Below are positions 29,596-38,326 of a stretch of DNA of 58,449 nucleotides, in pieces. The translations under genes and the position numbers were made by a program. The notes under the pieces are model-generated. The model did no database searches and was not told the origin of the DNA. It saw only the letters and a list, made by a program, of their open reading frames with translations. Position 1 is the first letter of the stretch. Every line of letters starts with the position of its first letter. The DNA is from a virus. Lineage: Duplodnaviria > Caudoviricetes. The stretch is taken from positions 1 to 58,449 of the IMG/VR virus record IMGVR_UViG_3300017913_001414. The stretch is one strand, 5' to 3'.

Positions 29596-30056
29596 TACGC
29601 GCCTCTCTTGTGGTTCATAAACTGTTCTCTCAGTTCCTTAAACTTCTCTCTGGCTACTGAGTTGTTCGACATCTCTGCGCGGCTTTGTACACCAAGATGC
29701 TGCCTGAGATAGTTGGCAACCTGCTCCTCTCTCTTGGCGTCATCAGTGCCATCATACTCATCAATCTCACCAGACGCCCACAGGAAGTGAGCAAAATCTA
29801 AGTTGCGGCACAGCAGGCCAGCAGACTGTATAAGTTTTTGCGTTTCCATTTGTTGAGGATTAACTGCCACACTTTCGTCATCTTCCAAGCGAACCATAGC
29901 AACCATATACCTAGCACCAACCCAGTCTGTATGTAGACTGGCTGGCACTTCGTTGGGGTGTATAGCAAGGCGAAGGATAGTCCCAGCCTTGCTCTGTGAC
30001 ATTGATGTCTTTACAGCCTCAAAGTTTACTGCGTTCTGTCGTATCTCATCTGTCAT
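29595..30056 (-). CDS. conserved phage protein
   Basis: FEAVK....G..L.L.IHP, VGARY.VAMV and AG.LCR motifs. Confidence 0.7.
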   Translation of the reverse strand: MTDEIRQNAVNFEAVKTSMSQSKAGTILRLAIHPNEVPASLHTDWVGARYMVAMVRLEDDESVAVNPQQMETQKLIQSAGLLCRNLDFAHFLWASGEIDEYDGTDDAKREEQVANYLRQHLGVQSRAEMSNNSVAREKFKELREQFMNHKRGA

Positions 30057-30289
30057 AGTCCAGCTTGAGCCTCCTCAGACTGAGCCTCCACACCACGAAC
30101 CGGAATTGCTACGTCAGTTCTGCGCGGACGCATTGTTACTTGGAGACCTTCTGGCGTGTAGACTAGCCGCACCGATTCTCGCGGCGTGTGAATCCACACT
30201 GAGCGCCAGCCTAAATCAAACTCGTTGCCCACAATATGGACCAACGGTTCTGATTCCTCACTAATAAGCGGTTTACCTTCTGTTAACAT
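30053..30289 (-). CDS. hypothetical protein
   Basis: GAGG RBS; coupled ORF in the minus-strand operon. Confidence 0.55.
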   Translation of the reverse strand: MLTEGKPLISEESEPLVHIVGNEFDLGWRSVWIHTPRESVRLVYTPEGLQVTMRPRRTDVAIPVRGVEAQSEEAQAGL

Positions 30290-30518
30290 TGTTTACCTCA
30301 TGAATATAAATATCACCAAGAGAGTATCCTTGACTCTCTCTAGTCTTGTTTCTTTTGGTGAGGCGTTCCTCTAGAACATCACCAGCTTCTTCTGGGCTTT
30401 CAGCCCTAACCTTAAACTCCTTCTTATATTCCACTGTCGCGAAAACCTTGTAGGTATTCTTCACAGGCTGCTTCGGCTTCCTGTATCTCACTTGCGGTCT
30501 TGGCTGTCTTTTCCACAT
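30273..30518 (-). CDS. hypothetical protein
   Basis: V.A.S.EEA motif common in small phage proteins. Confidence 0.6.
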   Translation of the reverse strand: MWKRQPRPQVRYRKPKQPVKNTYKVFATVEYKKEFKVRAESPEEAGDVLEERLTKRNKTRESQGYSLGDIYIHEVNNVNRR

Positions 30519-30643
30519 GGTCTCTTACCCTCGTTGATAAATCTGCCCAATCAAATTCCTGAGCAATACGACCAGAAAAGTTTGCTGGTAGTTCGCACCG
30601 ATACAGTTCAGACATAAATAAGTTCCTTAGAACTTCTGCTAAA

Positions 30644-30925
30644 TCACTTTTCATTGTATTTCTTCCAGTTAACCTCAGCCCATTTCATGGGTTCGATTCC
30701 TTGCAAGTCCCACCACGTTCTCTCATCCCCGAAACCATGAAGTTCCATGTGATGGTGGTGGCACAGCGGAACACACCAGTTGTCTCCAACCTTCATTGCC
30801 ATAGCCTTTGGTTCGGCAAAGGTAATGTGGTGTGCTTCGCTGCCCTGCCTACAGACCAAGCACGGCGCACCGCGCAGGGTCTTCATGTAGGCCTCACTCC
30901 TAATCCTCTTAGGCTTTAGCTTCAA
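30644..30925 (-). CDS. HNH-like Zn-finger protein (DUF968-like)
   Basis: PCLVC, EAHH, KVGD...VPLC..HH..LH. Confidence 0.8.
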   Translation of the reverse strand: MKLKPKRIRSEAYMKTLRGAPCLVCRQGSEAHHITFAEPKAMAMKVGDNWCVPLCHHHHMELHGFGDERTWWDLQGIEPMKWAEVNWKKYNEK

Positions 30926-31212
30926 AATGGTATCTCATCATTCATCTGCTGGCGTTGGGGTTGTTGCTGACCACCAGAGTTCATTGGCTTGAACACATTA
31001 CCGACTAGCGAGACAAAGTTGTTCCCCGCTTTCGATGTCTTGCGCCACCCGACAAGACTGATGATTGGCTTCTCGACACCACGTTCCATCTGGCTGATAA
31101 GGTCATTGACGACTTCGTCTGACAACTCCAACTTGCCACTAAAGTCTGGTGACTTTTCGGACTTCTTTTCCTTTGTCGGAAAGAGCGCACCGCTTGGGCC
31201 ATAATTGCTCAT
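30922..31212 (-). CDS. single-stranded DNA-binding protein-like
   Basis: SGALF, K.PD.SG, GW.K.SK.G..F.SL and acidic DEIPF tail. Confidence 0.75.
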   Translation of the reverse strand: MSNYGPSGALFPTKEKKSEKSPDFSGKLELSDEVVNDLISQMERGVEKPIISLVGWRKTSKAGNNFVSLVGNVFKPMNSGGQQQPQRQQMNDEIPF

Positions 31213-31214
31213 AT

Positions 31215-31850
31215 CTATTCTCCTATGCTTTCTTTATGGCTAGTGAAGGCCTCTAACACCGTGTTGTATGCCTTCTCGTTTTTCTCTTTCAAGAAAGAGA
31301 TTGCTTCCCCATTGTCAGACCAGAATGTGCGGAGCGTTTCAACGTCCGAACACTCAGGAATGAATGTAAGAAAAGCTGTCATTACTGTATCGACTTGGTT
31401 GTCTCCGCTGCACTCTACGTCAGCCTCCTTTCCAAACCCATGAACAGTAACTGGTTTAGCTGGCGCGCCCTCTGGTAGGTCTTCGCCAGCGTAAATGTAA
31501 AACCCAAGACCAAAGTAGGCGATGGCCTTAACAAGACAGCGTTGCAAAGCTTTGTTTACTTGCTGACTGTTCGGGTTCTGAATTGATTGGTTGCGGTTGT
31601 CCATGACGTACAGGAGTTCAGTCATCTCCCTCTCGCCAATCCGCACCGTCACTTTGACAAAGGCATTGCCCTTGTCATCGGTGAAGCATGGATACCCCTC
31701 TTCGTTGCAGTGCTTATGAAACTCTGCGTCAGGGTAGTGCTGCTTCAAGGTTGACCACGCCCATGTCCAACTCAGGTAGCTAAAGCCACCCTTGTTCTCA
31801 ACGTGTTCGCTACAGTCAATGACTGAAAGTGTTTTCCATATGTCGCTCAT
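31215..31850 (-). CDS. Sak3/DUF1071-like single-strand annealing protein
   Basis: YLSW.WAW, L.VMD.RN, NKA.QRCLVKAIA.FGLG.YIYAGEDLP. Confidence 0.88.
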   Translation of the reverse strand: MSDIWKTLSVIDCSEHVENKGGFSYLSWTWAWSTLKQHYPDAEFHKHCNEEGYPCFTDDKGNAFVKVTVRIGEREMTELLYVMDNRNQSIQNPNSQQVNKALQRCLVKAIAYFGLGFYIYAGEDLPEGAPAKPVTVHGFGKEADVECSGDNQVDTVMTAFLTFIPECSDVETLRTFWSDNGEAISFLKEKNEKAYNTVLEAFTSHKESIGE

Positions 31851-31876
31851 ATTGTCCTCTCAAAAGTTATATGGAA

Positions 31877-32101
31877 CTATTTTGATGGTGTAGTGCATAC
31901 TACTGTGTATGACTTCTCATCAACTATCACCTCACCATCTTTGTGGTGTCGGCGTAGGGCTTGAAGGAAAATGTTTACATCGTTCTGGTCAAACAAAGTG
32001 ACCGAGTCATGCTCCTTCATATCTTTCGCAAAGTTTGCGTAAACCATTGGCTTCTCATCTTCTATTCTGGTCATCGGTTCTTCCCCCACATCTGAAACCA
32101 C
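31877..32101 (-). CDS. hypothetical protein
   Basis: ORF in the operon; start uncertain. Confidence 0.45.
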   Translation of the reverse strand: MVSDVGEEPMTRIEDEKPMVYANFAKDMKEHDSVTLFDQNDVNIFLQALRRHHKDGEVIVDEKSYTVVCTTPSK

Positions 32102-32170
32102 AACCAGTCTGAAAATTTAGACACCTTGTGGGAAAACCAAATCATAAATGGACTGTGCCAAAACCAATGA

Positions 32171-33055
32171 TTATATCTCTGTTTCATTAGTCATCTCCTT
32201 GTATTGAGAGCAGAAGTCAGAGACGCCGCAGTAGTTACCCGCGCAGCGAGTAGGCTCACCCTGACGATACTCAATGAATGTTTCCTTGTCTGTCTGCTGG
32301 TCGTACTGGGTCGCATCTGATTCGTTATCGAAGACACGCAGCGCTCTCTTTCTGCCTTTCGGTATTACCGCCCAGCTATCGTTCCTGCGCCACATATCAT
32401 CCTTGCTACAAACGGGGAACTTCCCTTGCAGGTCGTAACCCATTTGTGCTTCTTGGTGTAACGCAACCCGCCCCTCAAGATACTCCCTACGCTTTTGTGC
32501 GTCCCAAATAGGAATATCAACAGTGACTACGGGCAGGTTGGGGTAGTCTGGTTTGAACTGTGCGTCCTTGCGATTCCAGTCGCGCAGGATTGCACAGATT
32601 TGCAGGCTCTTAACTTTCAGACCCTTCTCTTTTTCAATGAGTGTGGCGTATGCGTTAAGCTGATGCTCCCAAGATTCCTTGCCAAATATAACAGACCAAG
32701 CGGAGGTAACTTTGTAATCGACAACAGAGACCGCGCCCCTGTCTACCTTTTGATAATCAACCGCGCCGCTTACTGTCCATCCGTTTATCTCGCTGAACAA
32801 TCGCTCCTCCACAATCACACCATCTGTATCAGCATGGCTCTCAAGAACTTGGTGGACAGCAGTGCCGAACAATGCCCATATAGAATCACTAACGTCAGAC
32901 ACAAGGTCACCACTATGATGCTGCTGCATGATGCGTATACGAGGGCTGTCAATCAGTTGAGTAACACTGATGTCTGCCTCGCCACGAGTGTATGGGTCGG
33001 CCTTCGCAAAAGACACGAAAGGTTCTGGGAGATTGTTTCGGTTTGTGTATTCCAT
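32171..33055 (-). CDS. PD-(D/E)XK exonuclease (partner of the SSAP)
   Basis: SVTQL, GTAVH..LE, EERL, SG.VD, DYKVT, QLN.Y and C-terminal RC..YC....C; AGGAGG RBS. Confidence 0.85.
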   Translation of the reverse strand: MEYTNRNNLPEPFVSFAKADPYTRGEADISVTQLIDSPRIRIMQQHHSGDLVSDVSDSIWALFGTAVHQVLESHADTDGVIVEERLFSEINGWTVSGAVDYQKVDRGAVSVVDYKVTSAWSVIFGKESWEHQLNAYATLIEKEKGLKVKSLQICAILRDWNRKDAQFKPDYPNLPVVTVDIPIWDAQKRREYLEGRVALHQEAQMGYDLQGKFPVCSKDDMWRRNDSWAVIPKGRKRALRVFDNESDATQYDQQTDKETFIEYRQGEPTRCAGNYCGVSDFCSQYKEMTNETEI

Positions 33056-33073
33056 GTGTTCCTCCTGTTCCTT

Positions 33074-33101
33074 AAAATAACACAAGGTGAACAGGTGTCA
33101 A
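33074..33101 (-). promoter_or_regulatory. sigma70-like promoter for the recombination operon
   Basis: Minus strand TTGACA-16 nt-TATTTT upstream of the AGGAGG RBS. Confidence 0.55.
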
Positions 33102-33112
33102 GAGTATAATAT

Positions 33113-33496
33113 ATGGAACAAAAGTCAACAACATTTACGATATACGGCGAGCCTGCCTCGAAAGCAAATAGCAGAAAAATTGTTTACATGAAGGGCAAAC
33201 CCGTATCTATTAAAAGTGACAAAGCGAGGGGCTATGTTAAAGTTTTTGAGCAGCAATGTCCTTGTCTGGACGTTGTGTTTGAAGAAGATGTAAAAGTAGA
33301 GATGCTCATATATTATGCTTCGCGCCGCCCTGACCTAGACGAAAGCCTGATACTCGACTGTATGCAGGGTAGGATTTACAAGAATGACAGACAGGTCAAA
33401 GAAAAGCATATATACTGGGGGCTGGATAAGCAGTCACCCAGAACTGTCATCAGAGTTTCGCCTATGGAGGTCGGTAGTATCCCAAGCTATCTCTGA
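33113..33496 (+). CDS. rusA: RusA-like Holliday junction resolvase
   Basis: GEPASKANSR, RRPDLD, D.MQG.IY.ND.QV motifs. Confidence 0.8.
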   Translation: MEQKSTTFTIYGEPASKANSRKIVYMKGKPVSIKSDKARGYVKVFEQQCPCLDVVFEEDVKVEMLIYYASRRPDLDESLILDCMQGRIYKNDRQVKEKHIYWGLDKQSPRTVIRVSPMEVGSIPSYL

Positions 33497-33692
33497 TGTA
33501 TACCTTGATAATCCAAAGCATAAACTTGAAGTCATGGAGTGGTTGGACACCGATGACTTTGAAACAGTTTGCGACCTTGCCGATTTGAACCCAGACTTTG
33601 TGAAGAAAGCTATAAGAAACATAGCCGAATCCAAGCCAGCAATCGCCAGATTCACAGGCCGAAAGATAAAAGATGTCATCGACAAGTATTAG
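33384..33692 (+). CDS. hypothetical phage protein
   Basis: LW.SV..QA..D...W....DF..VC.LA..NP pattern; start uncertain. Confidence 0.6.
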   Translation: MTDRSKKSIYTGGWISSHPELSSEFRLWRSVVSQAISDVYLDNPKHKLEVMEWLDTDDFETVCDLADLNPDFVKKAIRNIAESKPAIARFTGRKIKDVIDKY

Positions 33693-33695
33693 TCG

Positions 33696-33724
33696 TTGAC
33701 ACCCAGTGCGACCCGTCTTAGGCT
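33696..33724 (+). promoter_or_regulatory. sigma70-like promoter of primase-helicase
   Basis: TTGACA-17 nt-TAGGCT, then GAGGGG RBS and ATG at 33759. Confidence 0.65.
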
Positions 33725-33758
33725 CACCATTGCGTTGATTTACTAATGAGGGGGTCTC

Positions 33759-35519
33759 ATGAAAGTTGATAACATAATCAGGCAGGCGGTCAGGGATGGT
33801 CAGCCACACACGCGGCGCATAAACTGTCCCTTCTGTGACCATACAAGAAAAAAAAGAGGGGAGCGTACCATGAGCGTGACTCCCAAAGACGATGTTATAT
33901 TGTATAATTGTTGGCACTGCGAGGAATCTGGGGGCGTTCAGCTTTCCGCTAAATCCTCAAAGTTTAACACACCAAACAGGGAGTTTGCTGTGCCGCAAAC
34001 AAACATAAAAAGTTCTAGGGAACTTTCTCCAGCGGTTATTAAGTTTCTCAATCAGAGAGGCATATCAAAAGACACAGCGGAAAAGGCTGGTGTCGGTACG
34101 AAACAAAACTACATACGCTCTGTCGGCGCTGAGGTTGAGTGCATCACGTTCCCCTACAAGTATGAGGGCAAGGTGTATGCACAAAAAATACGCAGCCTGT
34201 CCGAGAAGGGGTTTGCCTGCGAGGGTAATCCCCAGTCCCTTTTCAACCTGCACAATGTGGATTTGGGCGACAGCCTAATTATTTGTGAGGGGGAGATGGA
34301 CACACTTGCTTTTATGGAGGCTGGCTTTGAGAGTGTCGTGTCTGTTCCAAACGGCGCGGTAATGAAGGTCAGTGAAGGGAAGGTAGAGCCAGAGGAAGAC
34401 GGAAAGTTTCGCTTCCTCTGGTCTGCCAAAAAAGAAATAGAAAAAGCAGAGCGAATTATCATAGCAACGGACGCAGACTCTGCGGGTCAAGCAATGGCTG
34501 AGGAGATTGCGCGGCGCGTTGGGAAGGATAAGTGTTGGCGAGTAGAGTACCCAGAGGGGTGCAAGGACGCCAATGACACGCTGCTGAAGGGGGGCAAGGA
34601 AGCCCTTGATTCTGTTGTATCAGATTGCAAGCCGTGGCCTGTCAGTGGCCTGTATGATGCCGAACATTTCTATGACCAGCTTGATGAGATTTATGAAAAG
34701 GGTATGGGTCGTGGTGAATCGACAGGCTACCAGAATGTTGATGACCTATACACTGTGGTTGGTGGGCAGCTTACAGTGGTGACGGGCATACCTTCATCCG
34801 GTAAGTCTGAGTTCATTGACCAGATAATGATTAATTTATCGGAGCAAAGAGATTGGAAGTTTGCTATCTGCTCATTTGAGAATGAGCCGCGCCTACATAT
34901 TGCAAAGCTAGCCGCCAAGCGGGTTCGCAAACCATTCTTTGACGGGCCGACCCAGAGGATGAACGACTGGGAATTAAGTCAGGCAAAGACATTTGTGCAA
35001 AAGCATTTCTGCTTTTTGTATCAGGCAGATGGTAGCCTCGCTACTCTCGACCATATAATTGATAGGCTGAAGGTGGCGGTGCTGCGCTATGGTGTGCGCG
35101 GCGCAATCATCGACCCGTACAACTACATATCTCGACCCAGCACTATCAGTGAGACCGACTGGGTTAGTGATATGCTTACGAAGCTTCGGGTGTTTGCACA
35201 GGCACACGATATTCACATTTGGTTTGTCGCCCATCCAACAAAGATGCAACGAGGGCAGGACGGGAAAGTACCAGTGCCGAAGGGTTACGATATATCTGGT
35301 TCTGCTGCTTGGTTTGCCAAAGCTGATTGCGGCATGTCAGTTCACCGCCCCGACCCCACATCAGTGATGTCAGAAATACATATATGGAAGTGCAGGTTTA
35401 GCTGGATTGGCAAGCAGGGTATGGCTACTCTTAATTTTGACAAGGCCACATCGCGATATACAATGAATGGGTACGACCCCATTCTCAATCCTAACAGACA
35501 CTCAGGCGTGCCGTTCTAA
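33759..35519 (+). CDS. primase-helicase (T7 gp4/Twinkle-like)
   Basis: CPFC..CWHC Zn finger; TOPRIM ICEGEMD, SVPNGA, D.D.AG, KDAN; Walker A GIPSSGKS; IIDPYN; VAHPTK. Confidence 0.92.
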   Translation: MKVDNIIRQAVRDGQPHTRRINCPFCDHTRKKRGERTMSVTPKDDVILYNCWHCEESGGVQLSAKSSKFNTPNREFAVPQTNIKSSRELSPAVIKFLNQRGISKDTAEKAGVGTKQNYIRSVGAEVECITFPYKYEGKVYAQKIRSLSEKGFACEGNPQSLFNLHNVDLGDSLIICEGEMDTLAFMEAGFESVVSVPNGAVMKVSEGKVEPEEDGKFRFLWSAKKEIEKAERIIIATDADSAGQAMAEEIARRVGKDKCWRVEYPEGCKDANDTLLKGGKEALDSVVSDCKPWPVSGLYDAEHFYDQLDEIYEKGMGRGESTGYQNVDDLYTVVGGQLTVVTGIPSSGKSEFIDQIMINLSEQRDWKFAICSFENEPRLHIAKLAAKRVRKPFFDGPTQRMNDWELSQAKTFVQKHFCFLYQADGSLATLDHIIDRLKVAVLRYGVRGAIIDPYNYISRPSTISETDWVSDMLTKLRVFAQAHDIHIWFVAHPTKMQRGQDGKVPVPKGYDISGSAAWFAKADCGMSVHRPDPTSVMSEIHIWKCRFSWIGKQGMATLNFDKATSRYTMNGYDPILNPNRHSGVPF

Positions 35520-35968
35520 TGACAGAAACTATTACCTACCCAAGCAAGGAAGTTAACAGAAAGCACTCGCCACGCGCTGAGTCTAGCAGCGGTTCTATTA
35601 GATTTCGCAGGCGCGACAAGGCTGTGCTGGACAAGCTTTTGATTGATGAAGTTATTAACGTGAAACAGTACGAGGTGCTTCACGACCTGATAACAGATGT
35701 TGAGAAATGTGAGCAGGGGATGTATCGTACATCAAGTGTCAGTGAAAGAGTTGATGGAGGAACAATGTCATACGAACACAAACACATAGACAAGCGCCGC
35801 GCCGTTGAGCAAGCCCTTGAGAATGTCAGGGGTCTTGGTAAGGATAAGACGTTGATTTTACAGAAAATTATTAACGACACCGAACTAACGGGTGAAGACA
35901 TACAAATAGTTAGAGATAACTTTTTTGATGTGGTGGATGTCATCTCGCGAACTCAGGTAAGCGAATGA
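35519..35968 (+). CDS. hypothetical protein
   Basis: 149-aa coupled ORF. Confidence 0.65.
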   Translation: MTETITYPSKEVNRKHSPRAESSSGSIRFRRRDKAVLDKLLIDEVINVKQYEVLHDLITDVEKCEQGMYRTSSVSERVDGGTMSYEHKHIDKRRAVEQALENVRGLGKDKTLILQKIINDTELTGEDIQIVRDNFFDVVDVISRTQVSE

Positions 35969-36279
35969 ACATCTACAAGAGACTAGCCAAGAGGGAGGAG
36001 ACCCTTCGCAAAATAGCCTCTATGCCCAACGACAGTCATGGGTGGAGGGATTTACGCAAGCGCACAGCCCGTGAAGCCTGCGAAGAGATAGACAGTCATG
36101 GAGAACTCTTGGTTTATTTGCGTGACGCAGATGATGGCGGTGCTGAGTTGTGTATCAGCAGACCAGAGGGTTACGAGGTGTTCAAGCTTTCTGATGGTAT
36201 GCTTATCAACATAGCACTCAAAGCAGTAAAGGTTATATCCAAAAGGATTATGAAAAATGAGATTAATATTCCAAAGTAA
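35965..36279 (+). CDS. hypothetical protein
   Basis: 104-aa ORF with ATGA overlap. Confidence 0.6.
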   Translation: MNIYKRLAKREETLRKIASMPNDSHGWRDLRKRTAREACEEIDSHGELLVYLRDADDGGAELCISRPEGYEVFKLSDGMLINIALKAVKVISKRIMKNEINIPK

Positions 36280-36430
36280 AGACGGGTATTCGCACGGCTC
36301 GTCAGGTAAGGTACACGGCAAGACCCTGCCTTTGTCTGAATGGGCTGGTCGCTGGGACGAGTTTTATTTCAGACAAAAATATCCAAGAACTCATTGGATA
36401 AGAAAATACTTTAGAAAGAAAAAGAAATAG
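36257..36430 (+). CDS. 57-aa basic hypothetical protein (not in ORF track)
   Basis: MRLIFQSKDG...WIRKYFRKKKK fills the gap before the terminator. Confidence 0.4.
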   Translation: MRLIFQSKDGYSHGSSGKVHGKTLPLSEWAGRWDEFYFRQKYPRTHWIRKYFRKKKK

Positions 36431-36453
36431 CCACCATAATGGGCATGGTGGTT

Positions 36454-36481
36454 AGGGGGGCAAGAGAAATCCTGCCCCCCT
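36454..36481. terminator. hairpin between convergent genes, probable terminator
   Basis: AGGGGGGCA...TGCCCCCCT stem, plus a second stem at 36429-36453. Confidence 0.6.
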
Positions 36482-36486
36482 TATTC

Positions 36487-37395
36487 TTATGCGATTGGCG
36501 GGAAGCCATCGCCTTCACGAATAGTCATGTCTGCTTTGGTGCAAGCGCGACCAAGCCGATGCTTCGTGAATGCTTTTAGTAATAAAGCGTTATGCGTTGA
36601 TACGTCAATCCTCATGCGGTTAGACACACGAATACGCATGATACTCTCAAGCAGGTAACGTGCTGGTGCGCGAGGCCCAGAACCAGTACCAGACTGCAAG
36701 CATTTCATGAAGTCTTTTGCTTCCTCAGAATACCCAGCCTTGTGCCACAAGTAGTGCATTGCCGCAAGCGGTGCAGTGAGCAGAGATGTTGTTCTGTTCG
36801 TAGCTTTCGCTGTCTTTACGCAAAACTGGAGAAGGGTTTGGTCTACCTTGTTGAGGTAAAAATCCTTCACCTGTTCATTCGTCCAGTTTAGAGATTGCGT
36901 GGTTAGCTTTTCATTCTGGAACGCCAAGATAAATCGCGCAGCAGTGCCAGTATCTTTGGGATATTGCACACCCATAATGCTAAACACGTCAGTGTTGGAG
37001 CGTTGCGCCCCGCTATCCATGTGAGCAAAGGTGGATGGGTCAATGCCAAACACAGCGTGTGTCGTGAAGCTAGAGCCAGAGCGCACACAAGCGGCCAGTC
37101 TGTTCTGCCCGTCCTTGAGATGTCCGTCTGTGCCGAACTTCACGCTCTCACCTGTCAGCGTCCACTTATCATCCTTCATGTCGGTGGCATACTGTGCAAT
37201 CTTCTTGCTTTTCTTTGGGCGATTACCCACGTTGAGATTTTCCAGTATGTAAGCTGCTAAGTCTGGTGAGAACTCGACCACCCTTGAGTTTTGTGGCGGG
37301 TTCTTTACTAGCGATTTTAAGTTGTCCACTTGCGTGTGGACATCTAAGTCAGCCGCGATGCGGCGTTGGTTTGAAATGATGTCGTTAGCCATCAC
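36487..37395 (-). CDS. ParB/Srx-like N-terminal domain protein
   Basis: NR......YA.DM....W..TGE...F...G.L.DGQNRL.A motif; D.G..RS..D. Confidence 0.7.
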   Translation of the reverse strand: MMANDIISNQRRIAADLDVHTQVDNLKSLVKNPPQNSRVVEFSPDLAAYILENLNVGNRPKKSKKIAQYATDMKDDKWTLTGESVKFGTDGHLKDGQNRLAACVRSGSSFTTHAVFGIDPSTFAHMDSGAQRSNTDVFSIMGVQYPKDTGTAARFILAFQNEKLTTQSLNWTNEQVKDFYLNKVDQTLLQFCVKTAKATNRTTSLLTAPLAAMHYLWHKAGYSEEAKDFMKCLQSGTGSGPRAPARYLLESIMRIRVSNRMRIDVSTHNALLLKAFTKHRLGRACTKADMTIREGDGFPPIA

Positions 37396-37500
37396 TTACC
37401 TTTCTGCCTCTTGTCCGTTTGTAGAGGCCTGTCGCCTTGCTCAAGGGCATGGTTGTCCTCATTCTGGTTGAGCAATCCAGAAAATTACATATAACTTTTT

Positions 37501-37541
37501 AAGAAAAGCGGGGCAGCCCATCCTTCCAAAGACTGCCCCGC
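37501..37541 (-). terminator. intrinsic terminator of the early operon
   Basis: Minus strand GCGGGGCAGUC-loop-GGCUGCCCCGC followed by UUUUCUU. Confidence 0.75.
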
Positions 37542-37655
37542 AAGAGGGTGGCACGGAGGTAAAGCCACCCTATCAGCCAGTGTCCCGTTGGGTGTAGTGC
37601 GTTACTCTACCTGTGGGAGTACACAGAAACACTGGTCTGTTATTAGGTGACGCTA

Positions 37656-37919
37656 TCAGTCATCCCCAAGCTGGTCAAGGATTTCTTTGTCCTCCGTCAT
37701 TACCTTCTGCACCACTTCTAGGATTTCCTCCTTCACGTTGTGGCGCACAGAAAGAACCACACCATCAGCGGTCATGATGCATATGCATGGCTCGTCATGT
37801 GAAGATAACTCTATATCATCACTCCACATATCACGGGTCATCCCCGTGACCTGCTTCGCGGTTATGCCAAGCTTCTTACACTCAGCTTCATATGCCTGCC
37901 TAGCTTGCTCTATGTTCAT
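37656..37919 (-). CDS. hypothetical early protein
   Basis: 87-aa ORF with RBS. Confidence 0.55.
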   Translation of the reverse strand: MNIEQARQAYEAECKKLGITAKQVTGMTRDMWSDDIELSSHDEPCICIMTADGVVLSVRHNVKEEILEVVQKVMTEDKEILDQLGDD

Positions 37920-38088
37920 CGTCCATCCCCTTCAGTTCTGACATAAACAATCTGGCAGTTGCGTATGCCGCAGCAAAGCACATCAAAGCCACAAACCAGT
38001 CGGCACGGATGCCATCCATGCCAGCGAATAGAAGACCGACAAACACAAGCAAGCCAGTCATCAGTGCGTAAAATAAAGCCATAAACAT
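37900..38088 (-). CDS. two-TM membrane protein
   Basis: Two hydrophobic segments; GAGGGA RBS. Confidence 0.6.
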   Translation of the reverse strand: MFMALFYALMTGLLVFVGLLFAGMDGIRADWFVALMCFAAAYATARLFMSELKGMDDEHRAS

Positions 38089-38107
38089 ATTAGTCCCTCA
38101 ATCCTCA

Positions 38108-38326
38108 TCAGACCTCGTTTGTATCATACCAATACGGCTGCACTGGTTTGATTACAGTGTCATCAAACACCTCACCCATGTCAGCTTCTTCTTCCCGAAT
38201 GGTATCAACAATTTCATTGGCAGCTTCGGCATCAACCGCTTCCACCACATACTCACGCGCCTCTGCGTGAATAAAAGTTACACGAAACTTTTTCGTTTCG
38301 ACAACATTGATTTTATCTTGCGTCAT
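38108..38326 (-). CDS. acidic hypothetical protein
   Basis: VEA.D.E.A motif; GGAG RBS. Confidence 0.6.
   Translation of the reverse strand: MTQDKINVVETKKFRVTFIHAEAREYVVEAVDAEAANEIVDTIREEEADMGEVFDDTVIKPVQPYWYDTNEV

Noticed and set aside
32171-33055. Cas4 / CRISPR-associated function
   Set aside because: Context beside an SSAP and SSB indicates a recombination exonuclease; no array present
37577-37635. Plus-strand CCAGUGUC...GAAACACUGG resembling hammerhead stem III
   Set aside because: Lacks the CUGANGA core; pairing is better on the minus strand
38105-38111. CUGAUGA on the minus strand as a fourth hammerhead
   Set aside because: No stem II, GAAA or stem III follows; it is the stop codon region plus the next RBS
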